Origin: Candidatus Omnitrophota bacterium
Lineage (GTDB): Bacteria > Omnitrophota > Gorgyraeia > Gygaellales > Profunditerraquicolaceae
DNA: 64,000 nucleotides
Reading direction: 5' to 3'
NCBI GenBank assembly: GCA_029571225.1
Contig: JAKPTF010000013.1
Span: 16,344 to 80,343 of the forward strand
Shown here piece after piece: positions 9,435 through 20,105 of this stretch. Numbering within the stretch: position 1 is the stretch's first letter; each line of letters begins with the position of its first letter. Both the position numbers and the translations under genes were made by a program. The notes under the pieces were generated by a model. It was given only the letters and a program-made list of their open reading frames with translations. It was not told where the DNA came from and searched no databases.

Positions 9435-10691
9435 ATGGAAAGGGTGCTGCTGGTCACGATAAAGTGGCGTCATGAAAATGACGCTTGGACTCTTGATGAC
9501 CTGGCGCAGGAGATGGAGGAGTTGATCGGTGCCACCGATGCGGTCATAGTGGAGCATATTGCCTGCAATGTGGACGGGCCCACGCCCAATTATTTCGTCG
9601 GCAAGGGTAAGGCCGAAGAGATCTCCATGGTGGCTGCGGACGCACAGGCGGACGCGGTTATTTTCAGCAGGGACCTTTCGGGAACGCAACAGCGGAATCT
9701 TGAGGACGTCATCGGCCGCAAGACCATAGACCGTACGCAGTTGATCCTGGACATATTCGCTCGCCATGCAAAAAGCCCAGACGGAAAAATGCAGGTGGAG
9801 CTTGCGCAGCTGCAGTATCTGATGCCCAGGCTTCTTGGCAAGGGATTGATACTGTCGCGCCAGGGCGGGGGTATAGGCACAAGCGGCCCGGGCGAGACCA
9901 AGCTGGAGATAGACCGCAGGCGCATCAGAGCCAGGATAGAAAAATTGCAGGAGGACCTCCGTCATGTAAAGATGCACCGGGCCACGGCGCGCAAGAAACG
10001 CAAGGAGAATGCGGTTCCATCAGTGGCGCTTGTGGGCTACACGAACGCGGGCAAGTCAACGCTGTTGAACGCGCTAACCGAAGCGGGCACGACCGTTCAC
10101 GACGGCATGTTCACGACGCTCGATCCGCTTTCGAAGTCGTTGCGTCTGCCTAACGGCGAGAATATCGTTATTTCCGATACCGTGGGTTTCCTTCACAAAC
10201 TCCCGCATAACCTGATCGAAGCTTTTAAGGCTACGCTCGAAGAGGTGGTGGAGGCGGATCTGCTGTTGCATGTGCTGGATATCAGCCATCCGCGCGCGCT
10301 TGAACATTATCGCTCGGTAATCGCGGTTCTGGAAGAGCTGGGAGTGCATGAAAAGCCGGCGGTCAGCGTCCTGAATAAGATAGACCTCGTTGAGGACCAG
10401 GCGCTGTTAAGGACATACGAAAAAGAATACCCTGACGCGATACTTGTCAGCGCAATCTCAAAAATGAATCTTTCAGGGCTGCTGGAAAAAATACAGGATA
10501 ATTTCAAGGATACCGTAGTTACGCTCAAGCTGAAAATTCCGCATACCCGCATGGACCTGGTGAGCCAGTTCTACAAGCTCGGCAAGGTTATTGATATCCA
10601 GTATCAGCAAAAGGCCATCAAGGTTCATATCAACCTGCCCAGGGTTACCTCTGAGAAGCTCCTTCGCGAAAAAGACATCGAGCAACTATAA
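9435..10691 (+). CDS. hflX: GTPase HflX
   Basis: HflX N-terminal domain (IFARHAKSPDGKMQVELAQLQY, GPGETKLEIDRR). G-domain motifs GYTNAGKST and DTVGF. Confidence 0.9.
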   Translation: MERVLLVTIKWRHENDAWTLDDLAQEMEELIGATDAVIVEHIACNVDGPTPNYFVGKGKAEEISMVAADAQADAVIFSRDLSGTQQRNLEDVIGRKTIDRTQLILDIFARHAKSPDGKMQVELAQLQYLMPRLLGKGLILSRQGGGIGTSGPGETKLEIDRRRIRARIEKLQEDLRHVKMHRATARKKRKENAVPSVALVGYTNAGKSTLLNALTEAGTTVHDGMFTTLDPLSKSLRLPNGENIVISDTVGFLHKLPHNLIEAFKATLEEVVEADLLLHVLDISHPRALEHYRSVIAVLEELGVHEKPAVSVLNKIDLVEDQALLRTYEKEYPDAILVSAISKMNLSGLLEKIQDNFKDTVVTLKLKIPHTRMDLVSQFYKLGKVIDIQYQQKAIKVHINLPRVTSEKLLREKDIEQL

Positions 10692-10773
10692 AAAGGCCAG
10701 GCACATTTAAATGATCCAAAGATTTAACCAATTTCTATCTATTAGAATATCTAACAAAAATTGTAATAAAAAC

Positions 10774-10802
10774 TTGACAAAATTGTTAAAATATGCTACA
10801 TT
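10774..10802 (+). promoter_or_regulatory. Sigma70-type promoter upstream of the hspR-like gene
   Basis: TTGACA (10774-10779), a 17-nt spacer, then TACATT (10797-10802), 25 nt before the ATG. The imperfect palindrome TTGACAAAATTGTTAA overlaps the -35. Confidence 0.5.
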
Positions 10803-10826
10803 TTTTCTGGAATCAAGGAGAATTAT

Positions 10827-11090
10827 ATGGGAACGTACGAGTTACGCATAAGTCCTGACGAGCCTGTTTATGTTATAAGCGTAGTGAGTAAGCTTGTAGG
10901 GATACCTATCTGGACTTTAAGGCAGCTTGATAAGGCAGGGGTTGTATGCCCAAAGCGCGTGGGAAAGAAGAGCCGCCTTTATTCCAATAAGGATATCAGG
11001 AAGCTCGAATACGTTCACTATCTTATGGAAGAAAAGCACGTTAATGTGCGCGGTATCAAGCTGATTATAGAAATGGAAAAGTTTGAATAG
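10827..11090 (+). CDS. hspR: MerR-family heat-shock regulator, HspR-like
   Basis: 87 aa. MerR HTH (YVISVVSKLVGIPIWTLRQLDKAGVVCPKRVGKKSRLYSNKDIRKLEYV) followed by VNVRGIKLIIEME, as in HspR. It sits directly upstream of clpB. Confidence 0.65.
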   Translation: MGTYELRISPDEPVYVISVVSKLVGIPIWTLRQLDKAGVVCPKRVGKKSRLYSNKDIRKLEYVHYLMEEKHVNVRGIKLIIEMEKFE

Positions 11091-11108
11091 GTTTTTTTTG
11101 TTTTCGAG

Positions 11109-11135
11109 TTGGCACTCGCAGCGGATGACTGCTAA
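11109..11135 (+). promoter_or_regulatory. CIRCE-like operator (HrcA box) overlapping a putative clpB promoter
   Basis: TTGGCACTC-N9-GACTGCTAA versus consensus TTAGCACTC-N9-GAGTGCTAA, a 16/18 match with correct spacing. It overlaps TTGGCA-N18-TAATAT. clpB ATG is at 11150. Confidence 0.7.
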
Positions 11136-11149
11136 TATAAGGAGAGATT

Positions 11150-13726
11150 ATGAAGCTTGACAAGATGACACAGAAGTTGAAAGAGGCGTTAGAGGCGGCT
11201 GTTGCATTTGCGCAGAGCAAAAATCATCAGCAGATAGAGCCCGAGCACCTGGACCTTGCGTTTTTACGCCAGGAGGACAGCGTGCTAGTGCATATCCTTG
11301 ATGCTCTGGCTGTGCCTTCGTATAATATAATCAATGCGGTTGAGGCAGCGGTTAACGGATTCCCGGAGGTTTCGGGCAGCCACGCGCAACCGTATTTTTC
11401 GCAGAGGCTCAACAAGGTGTTCAAGGATGCCGAGAGAGAGGCCATGGGCCTTCACGATGAGTTTATGTCGGTCGAGCACATTTTGCTTGCTGAATTCTCT
11501 GAACCCCGCTCTGCGCTTATCGCAGAGTTAAAGAAACACAACGTCTCTAAAGACGGAGTTTTGACCGCGCTTGCCGGGATACGCGGCACCCAGCGCGTGA
11601 CTGACGAGAACCCGGAGGCTAAATACAAGCCGCTTGAGAAATACGGCAGGGACCTGACGCAGCTTGCCAACCAGGGCAAGCTCGACCCCGTCATCGGCAG
11701 GGATGATGAGATCAGGCGCGTCATCCAGGTTATATTGCGCAGGACAAAGAACAATCCTGTCTTGATCGGCGAAGCTGGCGTGGGCAAGACCGCGATCGTT
11801 GAAGGGCTTGCACAGCGTATTGCACAGAAGGACGTGCCTGAAGGACTCAAAAATAAAAAGATCATCGTGCTCGACATGGGTAGCCTTATCGCCGGAGCGA
11901 AGTTCCGCGGTGAGTTCGAGGACAGGTTAAAGGCTGTGCTTAAAGAGGTCGAATCAAAGAACGGCGAGATCATTCTGTTTATAGACGAAATGCACACGCT
12001 TGTAGGCGCCGGAGCGGCTGAAGGGGCGGTTGACGCGTCGAACATGCTCAAGCCTGCGCTTGCCAGAGGGCAACTGCGCTGCATCGGCGCGACCACACTT
12101 GACGAATACCGAAAGTATATAGAGAAAGACGCGGCTCTGGAGCGCAGGTTTCAGCCCGTTTTTGTTGAGCAACCTACGGTTGAAGACACGATCGCGATAT
12201 TGCGCGGCCTGAAAGAACGCTATGAATTGTATCACGGCGTACGCATTAAGGACGGTGCGTTGATTGCGGCTGCGCAGTTGTCGAACCGGTATATCACAGA
12301 GCGTTTCCTCCCGGATAAGGCGATAGACCTTGTTGACGAAGCGGCGTCGCATTTGCGCATGGAGATTGATTCCAAGCCGCAGGCGCTGGATGTCGCAGAC
12401 CGCAGGATCCTGCAGCTTGAGATAGAACGCCAGGGGCTCAAGAAAGAGAAGGACGATGCCTCCAAGGAGCGGCTCAAGGCGCTCGAGGCCGAACTGGAGC
12501 AGACCAAGAAGACGTCTGCGGAGTTGACAGCCCGGTGGAAAAAAGAAAAGGACCTTATTCTTGAAGTGCGCAGGATCAAGGAGCAGCTCGAGGATGCCAG
12601 GCAGCAGGAAAAAGATGCCGAGAAAAAGGCGGATCTGAACCGCGTTGCCCAGATTCGATACGGACTTGTGCGCGAGCTTGAAGAGAAACTGAAGTCCGCG
12701 AGCGCGAAAATGGCGAAGGCGCAGACGGAAGGCTCGCTTTTGAAAGAAGAGGTTGATGAAGACGATATTGCCACGGTAGTCGCGAAATGGACAGGGATTC
12801 CGCTGACAAAACTGCTTGAGGGAGAGACCGAGAAGCTGCTTCATATGGAAGACAGGCTTCGCGACCGCGTGGTCGGCCAGGACGCTGCGGTGGCGGAGGT
12901 TGCCTCATGCATCCGGCGCGCGCGCTCCGGCCTTTCCGATCCTCACAGGCCGGCGGGCGTGTTCATTTTTGTGGGGCCGACCGGAGTCGGCAAGACGGAA
13001 CTGGCCAAATCGCTGGCGTGGTTTTTGTTTGACGACGAGCAGGCGCTGGTGCGCATCGATATGTCTGAGTATATGGAAAAGCATTCGGTGTCCAGGCTCA
13101 TCGGAGCTCCGCCGGGATACGTAGGATACGAGGAAGGCGGTCAGCTCACGGAGGCGGTGCGCAGGCGGCCGTATTCTGTCGTTCTGTTCGACGAGATCGA
13201 GAAGGCGCATAGCGATGTATTCAACGTGCTGCTGCAGATTTTCGACGACGGCAGGCTGACCGACGGCCAGGGAAGGGTGGTTAATTTCAAGAACACGGTG
13301 ATCGTCATGACCTCGAACATAGGGACCCAGCTGATCGACCGTGATAACCCGAGGGAGGTGATCGAACGCAAGATCGACGAGGAGTTTAAACGGCATTTCA
13401 AGCCGGAGTTCCTCAACCGCGTTGACGAAACGATCATTTTCAATTATCTGCTTGAAGCGGATATGGAGAAGATCGTCAGAATCCAGCTTGACCAGATATC
13501 GAAGCGGCTAAAGGAAAACAATAATGTAGAGCTTTCGGTATCTAAGAAGGCAGTCGAGCTTCTTGCTAAAGAGGGATTTGATCCCGTGTACGGTGCGCGG
13601 CCGCTAAAGCGCTTGATTCAGCGCAAGCTCGTTGACCCGCTTGCGCTTAAGGTGCTTGAGGGGGCCATTAAGCAGGGCGAAACGGTCAAGGTTGACTCGC
13701 GGGGAGGAGAGATTATCTTTGGTTGA
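11150..13726 (+). CDS. clpB: ATP-dependent chaperone/disaggregase ClpB
   Basis: 858 aa. Two AAA+ modules ([18 protein letters not shown] and [15 protein letters not shown]), a long coiled-coil middle domain, and the Clp N-domain. Confidence 0.95.
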   Translation: MKLDKMTQKLKEALEAAVAFAQSKNHQQIEPEHLDLAFLRQEDSVLVHILDALAVPSYNIINAVEAAVNGFPEVSGSHAQPYFSQRLNKVFKDAEREAMGLHDEFMSVEHILLAEFSEPRSALIAELKKHNVSKDGVLTALAGIRGTQRVTDENPEAKYKPLEKYGRDLTQLANQGKLDPVIGRDDEIRRVIQVILRRTKNNPVLIGEAGVGKTAIVEGLAQRIAQKDVPEGLKNKKIIVLDMGSLIAGAKFRGEFEDRLKAVLKEVESKNGEIILFIDEMHTLVGAGAAEGAVDASNMLKPALARGQLRCIGATTLDEYRKYIEKDAALERRFQPVFVEQPTVEDTIAILRGLKERYELYHGVRIKDGALIAAAQLSNRYITERFLPDKAIDLVDEAASHLRMEIDSKPQALDVADRRILQLEIERQGLKKEKDDASKERLKALEAELEQTKKTSAELTARWKKEKDLILEVRRIKEQLEDARQQEKDAEKKADLNRVAQIRYGLVRELEEKLKSASAKMAKAQTEGSLLKEEVDEDDIATVVAKWTGIPLTKLLEGETEKLLHMEDRLRDRVVGQDAAVAEVASCIRRARSGLSDPHRPAGVFIFVGPTGVGKTELAKSLAWFLFDDEQALVRIDMSEYMEKHSVSRLIGAPPGYVGYEEGGQLTEAVRRRPYSVVLFDEIEKAHSDVFNVLLQIFDDGRLTDGQGRVVNFKNTVIVMTSNIGTQLIDRDNPREVIERKIDEEFKRHFKPEFLNRVDETIIFNYLLEADMEKIVRIQLDQISKRLKENNNVELSVSKKAVELLAKEGFDPVYGARPLKRLIQRKLVDPLALKVLEGAIKQGETVKVDSRGGEIIFG

Positions 13727-13750
13727 CACAGCCGGGTTATGTGCTAAAAT
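13723..13750 (+). promoter_or_regulatory. Sigma70-type promoter upstream of hrcA
   Basis: TTGACA (13723-13728, overlapping the clpB stop), a 16-nt spacer, then TAAAAT (13745-13750). hrcA ATG is at 13760. Confidence 0.5.
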
Positions 13751-13759
13751 ATTAAGCCT

Positions 13760-14503
13760 ATGGTTAGACAAGTAGATCACCAGGACAGGAAAAACAGGAT
13801 ACTCGCGGCTACCATAAGTTTTTATATTAAAAGCGGTAACCCTGTGAGTTCGCTTGAGTTAGCTCAATATTTCAACTTAAGCTCTGCCACGATGCGCAAC
13901 ATCCTGGCGGAGCTTGAGGATGACGGGTACCTGTTCCAGCCGCACACGTCAGCTGGAAGGGTGCCTACGGACAAAGGCTACAGGTATTATGTGGATTTCC
14001 TCATGGGCCAGGTGCAGTTGACCGAGGTTCAGAAAGAGGCGATACTCAATGAATATAAGAAGCGCATCAATTCGCTTGAGGACGTCCTTGAGAAAACGAC
14101 CGAGATTATTGCGACGCTGACGCATTACACGGCGATCGTTTCGTTTCCTGACTGGGATGACCGGTTCATATTCTCCGGTTTAAGCAATATAATCCAGCAG
14201 CCTGAATTCGCCGACAAGCAAAAGCTGTTTTTGATCATCAAACTGCTTGAAGAGAAGCGGCAGCTCCTGAGGCTATTGAACGCAGATATCTCGCGGCCAA
14301 CGATATACATCGGCAACGAGATGGAGTGCGCTTACGTCAATGACGAATGTTCTCTGGTCGTGTCGCCTTATAAGAAAGGCAAGAGGGATACCAGAAAGGG
14401 CAAAATAGCCGTTCTGGGGCCGCGCCGCATGTCGTACGAACAGGCGGTATCTACGCTTGAGTTCGTGACGCGGACCCTGAGCGAATTACTGGAAAACTAC
14501 TGA
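13760..14503 (+). CDS. hrcA: Heat-inducible transcription repressor HrcA (short form, 247 aa)
   Basis: N-terminal winged helix (ILAATISFYIKSGNPVSSLELAQYF...MRNILAELEDDGYLFQPHTSAGRVPTDKGYRYYVD). C-terminal VLGPRRMSYEQAVSTLEFVTRTLSELL. Confidence 0.8.
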   Translation: MVRQVDHQDRKNRILAATISFYIKSGNPVSSLELAQYFNLSSATMRNILAELEDDGYLFQPHTSAGRVPTDKGYRYYVDFLMGQVQLTEVQKEAILNEYKKRINSLEDVLEKTTEIIATLTHYTAIVSFPDWDDRFIFSGLSNIIQQPEFADKQKLFLIIKLLEEKRQLLRLLNADISRPTIYIGNEMECAYVNDECSLVVSPYKKGKRDTRKGKIAVLGPRRMSYEQAVSTLEFVTRTLSELLENY

Positions 14504-14504
14504 T

Positions 14505-15080
14505 ATGGAAAAGAAGAACCACGAAGAAAAAAAAGACAACGAGCAAAAGCCGGAAGGCCGGCAGCAGACCGGGACGGTTACGATCACTGCGGCCGAGTAT
14601 GAACAGTTGAAAGCGGATGCTCAGAAGGCAAGCGAGAACGCGGAAAAAATCATCCGCATGCAGGCCGATTTTGAGAACATCCGCAAACGCTGGGAACGGG
14701 AACGCCAGGAGTTCGCCAAATTCGCCAATGAAGAGCTTCTGTGCGATATCCTCAACATCGTGGATGAGCTGGAGCGCAGCCTCGAGCTTTCCCAGCAGAA
14801 GAGCGAGAATTATGCAGCCTTTTTGAAAGGCGTTGAGATGATCCTTGCGCATATACATGATCTCCTGAAAAAACACGGGGTTACCTGTATGGACGCGCAG
14901 GGAAAGTGTTTTGACCCGCAGTACCATGAGGCGCTTATGACCGTAGAGAAGGACGACTGCCCCGAGCACACGATAATCGACGAGATGCAGAAGGGGTACA
15001 TGATGCACGACCGGGTCCTCCGCACTGCCAAGGTGCAGGTCTCGCGCAAGAAACAGCAGGAACAGGGAAAGGAAAAATAA
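14505..15080 (+). CDS. grpE: Nucleotide exchange factor GrpE
   Basis: RMQADFENIRKRWERE motif, C-terminal GKCFDPQYHEAL and GYMMHDRVLRTAKV. Confidence 0.9.
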   Translation: MEKKNHEEKKDNEQKPEGRQQTGTVTITAAEYEQLKADAQKASENAEKIIRMQADFENIRKRWERERQEFAKFANEELLCDILNIVDELERSLELSQQKSENYAAFLKGVEMILAHIHDLLKKHGVTCMDAQGKCFDPQYHEALMTVEKDDCPEHTIIDEMQKGYMMHDRVLRTAKVQVSRKKQQEQGKEK

Positions 15081-15135
15081 CATATCACGCCGCAATGCCC
15101 TGGCAGGCGAAGCGGCATGAAACAAGGAGGCACAT

Positions 15136-17043
15136 ATGGCAAAAGTAATCGGAATTGACCTGGGGACATCTAACTCGGCTGCTGCTGTTATGGAAGCGGG
15201 CAGGCCGGTCATCATCCCGTCGGCTGAAGGCGCGGGCGTAGCGTCGGGGAAGGCCTTCCCGTCATACGTCGCGTTCACCAAGGACGGCCAGCGGCTCGTC
15301 GGCGAGCCTGCGCGCAGGCAGGCGGCAGTTAACCCGGAAGGCACGATCTTCGCCGCCAAGCGCAGGATGGGGCAGGATTACAAGTTCAAGGTGATGGGCA
15401 AGGAATACACGCCCCAGCAGATATCCGCTTTCGTCCTGCAGAAGATAAAGCAGGACGCCGAAGCCTACCTGGGAGATAAGGTTGAAGAGGCGGTTATCAC
15501 GTGTCCCGCATATTTCGACGATAACCAGCGCCAGGCGACAAAGGACGCGGGCGAGATCGCCGGATTGAAGGTCCTCCGCATCGTCAACGAACCCACGGCG
15601 GCGTGCCTTGCGTACGGCCTCGAGAAGGCGCAGCAGGAACAAAAGATCATGGTGTTCGACCTGGGAGGCGGTACGCTCGACGTTACCATCATGGAAATGG
15701 CGCAGGGCGTTTTCGAGGTCAAGGCCACGTCCGGCGATACGCAGCTGGGCGGAACCGACATGGACAACGCGCTTATCGAATACATCGCGTCGCAGTTCAT
15801 GAAGGAGACCGGTATCAACCTGCGAAACGATAAGATGGCAATGATGCGCCTCAAAGAGGGCGCGGAAAAGGCGAAGATCGAACTGTCGTCGAGCCTGACG
15901 ACCGATATCAACCTGCCGTTTATCACAGCTGACGCATCCGGGCCCAAGCATCTGACCATGTCCATAAACCGGGCAAAGCTCGAGGAGCTGGTGGCGCCCA
16001 TCATCGAGCGTTGCAAGCATCCGATGGAGCAGGCGCTTAACGACGCGAAGCTAACAGGGCAGCAGGTGGACCGTATAATCATGGTGGGCGGCCCGACCCG
16101 AATGCCGATCGTGCAGAAATTCGTAGAGGATTACGTCGGAAAGAAGATCGAGCGCGGCATAGACCCAATGGAATGCGTGGCTTTGGGCGCGGCCGTGCAG
16201 GCGGCGATCATCAAAGGCGATATGAAGGATGTTCTGCTTCTGGACGTAACCCCGCTTTCTCTCGGGATCGAGACGCTCGGGGGCGTATGCACAAAGCTTA
16301 TCGAGCGCAACACTACAATCCCTACGAAAAAGGGGCAGATCTTCTCTACCGCTGCGGACAATCAAACCGCAGTCACGATCCGCGTGCTTCAGGGAGAGCG
16401 CCAGATGGCGGATGACAACGTGGAACTGGGGCGTTTCGACCTTGTCGGCATACCGCCTGCGCCGCGAGGCATCCCGCAGATCGAGGTTACCTTTGATATT
16501 GACGCCAACGGCCTCGTGCACGTTGCCGCAAAGGACCTGGGCACGGGCAAGGAACAGTCGATCAGGATCACCGCGCCGAAGAAACTCTCAAAGGAAGAGA
16601 TTGACAGGATGGTCCGCGACGCGGAGAAATTCGCCGCCGAGGATGCCAGGCGGAAGGAAGAGGTTGAAACGATTAACCAGGCGGATACGCTTGCGTATTC
16701 GACTGAGAAAGCGCTCAAGGATTACGGCGACAAAGTCAGCGCTTCCGAACGCGCTGATATCGAGGCGAAGCTTAACGACCTCAAGACCGCGATCAAGGAT
16801 AAGAACATAGAGCGCATCAAAAAGAACATGGAAGAGCTGCAGAAGGTGTCGCATAAACTTGCCGAAGAGGTTTACAGGCAGGCGCAGGCAAAGCAGGGAC
16901 AGGCGGGCGCAGCCGGCGCCGGCCAGGCAGGCCCGGGCCCTGATTCCGGATCTGCCGGGCAGCAGGAATCCCATGATGGAGCCGGGTCCCGCAAGGGCAA
17001 GGACGACGATATCATTGATGCGGATTTCAAAGAAGAGAAATAA
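15136..17043 (+). CDS. dnaK: Molecular chaperone DnaK (Hsp70)
   Basis: [19 protein letters not shown], and a C-terminal EEVD-like acidic tail. AAGGAGG RBS upstream. Confidence 0.97.
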   Translation: MAKVIGIDLGTSNSAAAVMEAGRPVIIPSAEGAGVASGKAFPSYVAFTKDGQRLVGEPARRQAAVNPEGTIFAAKRRMGQDYKFKVMGKEYTPQQISAFVLQKIKQDAEAYLGDKVEEAVITCPAYFDDNQRQATKDAGEIAGLKVLRIVNEPTAACLAYGLEKAQQEQKIMVFDLGGGTLDVTIMEMAQGVFEVKATSGDTQLGGTDMDNALIEYIASQFMKETGINLRNDKMAMMRLKEGAEKAKIELSSSLTTDINLPFITADASGPKHLTMSINRAKLEELVAPIIERCKHPMEQALNDAKLTGQQVDRIIMVGGPTRMPIVQKFVEDYVGKKIERGIDPMECVALGAAVQAAIIKGDMKDVLLLDVTPLSLGIETLGGVCTKLIERNTTIPTKKGQIFSTAADNQTAVTIRVLQGERQMADDNVELGRFDLVGIPPAPRGIPQIEVTFDIDANGLVHVAAKDLGTGKEQSIRITAPKKLSKEEIDRMVRDAEKFAAEDARRKEEVETINQADTLAYSTEKALKDYGDKVSASERADIEAKLNDLKTAIKDKNIERIKKNMEELQKVSHKLAEEVYRQAQAKQGQAGAAGAGQAGPGPDSGSAGQQESHDGAGSRKGKDDDIIDADFKEEK

Positions 17044-18198
17044 ATGACCACGAAGCGCGATTATTACGAAATACTCGGCGTGAGCAAAAGCGCCAGTGTC
17101 GATGAGATAAAAAAGACTTACCGGACACTGGCGCTGAAGTTCCACCCTGACCGCGTGCCGCATGACCAGAAAAAGGCGGCTGAAGAGAAGTTCAAGGAGA
17201 TATCAGAGGCGTACGCCGTGCTTTCCGATCCTGAAAAGCGCAAGATGTACGATCAGTACGGCCACGCTGGCATTGACCAGCGTTACGCCCAGGAGGATAT
17301 CTTCAGGGGAGCCGATTTCAGCTCGATATTCGGCAGTATGGGCGGCGGCGGGATGTTTGAGGACCTTTTCGCCGACCTGGGCTTTGATATTTTCGGCGGA
17401 GGAAGGTCGCAAGGCCGCGCGGGCGCTGGAAGGCAGCGCAGGGGAAGGGATCTTGAGATTACCGTGAACATATCCCTGGAAGAGGCCGCATCCGGCTTGG
17501 AAAAGACCATCACGGTACCGCGGTACGAGATGTGCCCGGTATGTTCCGGTTCGGGCGCCAAGCCCGGGACAAAAAAATCGGCCTGCCAGCAGTGCCACGG
17601 TTCAGGCAGGGTTGTCGTATCGAGCGGATTCTTTCAGCTCGCGCAGACCTGCCCCAGATGCCACGGCCAGGGAGAGACCATACAGACGCCTTGCCCTGAG
17701 TGCAGGGGCGAAGGCAGGGTCAGAAAGACCTCAAATATCAAGGTGAAGATACCTCCGGGCGTGGATACGGGCAGTAACCTGCGAGTTCGCGGCGAAGGCG
17801 AGGCAGGTGCAGGCGGCAGGGGCGATTTGTATGTCATCATCGATATCAGCCGTCATCCTGTATTCGAACGTCGCGACAACGATATCATAACGGAGGTAAC
17901 GGTCAGCGTCACCAAGGCTATTCTCGGCGGGGACGTGCAGGTGCCTACACTGAACGGACACGTCGAGATGAAGATCCCGCCCGGAACGCAGAGCGGAAAG
18001 ATTTTCCGGCTTAAGGAAAAAGGCATCCCTGACGTGCACGGCCGCGGGATCGGCGATGAGCTGGTCAGGGTCAATGTGGAGATTCCAACAAGGCTCAACA
18101 GCGAGCAGCGCAGGCTCATTGAGGAATTCGCCCGCGCTTCGGGCGAAAGCGTTTCGAAGGACAGTTTTACCGATAAAATCAAGAAGACATTCAGATAA
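17044..18198 (+). CDS. dnaJ: Molecular chaperone DnaJ
   Basis: J-domain with HPD (KFHPDRV), a G/F-rich region, and four CxxCxGxG zinc-finger repeats. Confidence 0.95.
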   Translation: MTTKRDYYEILGVSKSASVDEIKKTYRTLALKFHPDRVPHDQKKAAEEKFKEISEAYAVLSDPEKRKMYDQYGHAGIDQRYAQEDIFRGADFSSIFGSMGGGGMFEDLFADLGFDIFGGGRSQGRAGAGRQRRGRDLEITVNISLEEAASGLEKTITVPRYEMCPVCSGSGAKPGTKKSACQQCHGSGRVVVSSGFFQLAQTCPRCHGQGETIQTPCPECRGEGRVRKTSNIKVKIPPGVDTGSNLRVRGEGEAGAGGRGDLYVIIDISRHPVFERRDNDIITEVTVSVTKAILGGDVQVPTLNGHVEMKIPPGTQSGKIFRLKEKGIPDVHGRGIGDELVRVNVEIPTRLNSEQRRLIEEFARASGESVSKDSFTDKIKKTFR

Positions 18199-18207
18199 GG
18201 GAGAGAT

Positions 18208-18489
18208 ATGCCAAATTACGATTACGAATGCGCAAAATGCGGGTATACGTTCGAGGTCTTTCAAAAGATGACGGACCATAAGCTCACCAGGTGCCCTAAG
18301 TGCAAGGGCAAAGTCAAGCGCCTGATCGGAGCCGGGACGGGCATCATCTTCAAAGGCAGCGGGTTTTACCAGACGGATTACAAGAAAACGTCCCGTGCGG
18401 GCGGTACCGTTAATGATTCACCGAAGCCTGCCCAGGCAAAGCCGGACGAGTGCCCAGCAAAAAAAGAAGGATGTAATGGTTGCCGCTAG
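18208..18489 (+). CDS. FmdB-family zinc-ribbon protein
   Basis: MPNYDYECAKCGYTFEVFQKM...CPKCKG, the CxxC...CxxC FmdB pattern. It starts 9 nt after dnaJ and has a GGGAGAGA RBS. Confidence 0.7.
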   Translation: MPNYDYECAKCGYTFEVFQKMTDHKLTRCPKCKGKVKRLIGAGTGIIFKGSGFYQTDYKKTSRAGGTVNDSPKPAQAKPDECPAKKEGCNGCR

Positions 18490-18835
18490 GATGCGGTACT
18501 GGTCGCCGGTCCTTTTTTTCATGGGGTATATCTTCTACACATCCTGCCAGAGCGGCGCGGATATTCCCGACCTATTCTCAAACCAGGATATAGTTTACCA
18601 TTTTCTCATATACGCGTTACTCGGGTTGTCTTTTGCGAGGGCGCTTCGTTTCGAGAAACCTTCAGCAGGGCTGCTGAAAATCATTTGCGTATGCGCGGTT
18701 TTCGGGTTATTATATGGATTCAGCGATGAATTCCACCAGAGTTTTGTCAATGGCCGTTCAAGCCAGGCGTTTGACGTCGCGATAGATACGATAGGTTCCT
18801 TGTCCGGAGGGATATTGATCCGATGGCTACGATAA
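18476..18835 (+). CDS. VanZ-like membrane protein
   Basis: Four TM segments and a GFSDEFHQSFVNGRS motif typical of VanZ. The start is uncertain: ATG 18476 has an AAGGA RBS, and ATG 18491 is the alternative. Confidence 0.6.
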   Translation: MVAARMRYWSPVLFFMGYIFYTSCQSGADIPDLFSNQDIVYHFLIYALLGLSFARALRFEKPSAGLLKIICVCAVFGLLYGFSDEFHQSFVNGRSSQAFDVAIDTIGSLSGGILIRWLR

Positions 18836-20100
18836 AACCGTTTTGCGCCGTGTCCTACAACCAGGAAAAGATACGCAACCTTTCCCGTGTCATCTGCCCC
18901 CCGTACGATATCATCTCCCCTCGCAAACAGGAATATTACCACGATCTCGATCCTTATAATTTCATCCATATGGACCTGGGCAGGGATATCCCGGGAGAGG
19001 ACAAATATCTTCGGGCGGCGAATTATTTCGAGCAGTGGCTCAAGGACAGGGTCCTGGTTGTGGATCCGGAGCCTGCAATCTATTTCTACAGCCATCAGTA
19101 CTGGGTGAACCGCGAGAAGAAGATGCGTCTCGGTTTTCTGGCTCTGCTCAAGCTTGACGAGCGCAAGGCCGGCGTGTTCGGACATGAACACACGAGGCTG
19201 GCACCCAAGGAGGACCGCCTGAAGCTCATCCGGCAGGTCAAGGCCAACCTTAGCCCCATATTCGTAGTTTTTGCCGACAAGAAGCGTGTCGTCAACCAGA
19301 TGTGGAACCATTATGTTCAGAACCATCAGCCGTTCATAGATATCGTTGACGAGGACCGCAATGTCCATAAAGTGTGGAGGATTACGGAAGCAAAGGTCCT
19401 GGATAAAGTGGTTTCTCTCATGGAGAAGGAGAGCATGTTCATCGCCGACGGCCATCACCGCTACGAGGTGGCCTGCGCCTATCGCGACGAAATGAGGGCC
19501 GCTCACCGCGGCGACGGCAGCGGCGACTACGATTACGCGTTGACCTATTTCACCAATATTGACCCCGTGGGGCTGACCATACTGCCGATCCACCGGCTCG
19601 TTACTCTAGAGAAGCGGCCGGATATTGACAGGCTGGCGCGGGAGCTGGGCGAATATTTCCACGTTGATGAGCTCAAGGACCGGCATAAGTTCTTTTTTAT
19701 GCTTGAAAAAGCAGGAGTGGCAGAGCATGCGATCGGCATGTACCATGGAAAACGGACGTGGCTTCTGCGGCTCAAGAATGTAAAGACCGTTGATAAACTC
19801 ATCACGGACAAGCCGCAGGAATACCGCAGGCTCGACGTGTCGATCCTGAACGCCCTTATACTAGAGAAGATCATCGCGGGCGATCTCGCGGAGAATAAGG
19901 ACGTGGCGTTTGTCCCGGAGCGGGATGAGCTTATTGACGCGGTTGACGCCGACGATCGCAAGATCGCCTTTTTCCTGAATCCGACCAAGATCGACCAGAT
20001 CGTATCGGTCGCGCTGGCGGGCGAGAAGATGCCTCCGAAATCGACATATTTCTACCCCAAGCCGGTATCAGGCCTGGTAATATACAAACACGGAGATTGA
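18823..20100 (+). CDS. DUF1015 family protein
   Basis: MATIKPFCAVSYN...ICPPYDIISP...DPYNFIHM and IADGHHRYEVA are characteristic DUF1015 motifs. Confidence 0.75.
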   Translation: MATIKPFCAVSYNQEKIRNLSRVICPPYDIISPRKQEYYHDLDPYNFIHMDLGRDIPGEDKYLRAANYFEQWLKDRVLVVDPEPAIYFYSHQYWVNREKKMRLGFLALLKLDERKAGVFGHEHTRLAPKEDRLKLIRQVKANLSPIFVVFADKKRVVNQMWNHYVQNHQPFIDIVDEDRNVHKVWRITEAKVLDKVVSLMEKESMFIADGHHRYEVACAYRDEMRAAHRGDGSGDYDYALTYFTNIDPVGLTILPIHRLVTLEKRPDIDRLARELGEYFHVDELKDRHKFFFMLEKAGVAEHAIGMYHGKRTWLLRLKNVKTVDKLITDKPQEYRRLDVSILNALILEKIIAGDLAENKDVAFVPERDELIDAVDADDRKIAFFLNPTKIDQIVSVALAGEKMPPKSTYFYPKPVSGLVIYKHGD

Positions 20101-20105
20101 AAGGT

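Noticed and set aside
11110-11124. TGGCAC upstream of clpB, which looks like a sigma54 -24 element.
   Set aside because: The required -12 TTGC/GC is not at the correct spacing (TGGCAC-N5-GCGG). The hexamer is simply the left arm of the CIRCE-like box.
13721-13747. A possible CIRCE at the hrcA promoter, from a GTGCTAA half-site overlapping the -10.
   Set aside because: The left half at the required N9 spacing (GGTTGACAC) does not resemble TTAGCACTC. Alternative registers give at most 5/9 matches. It is only a half-site, so it is not called.
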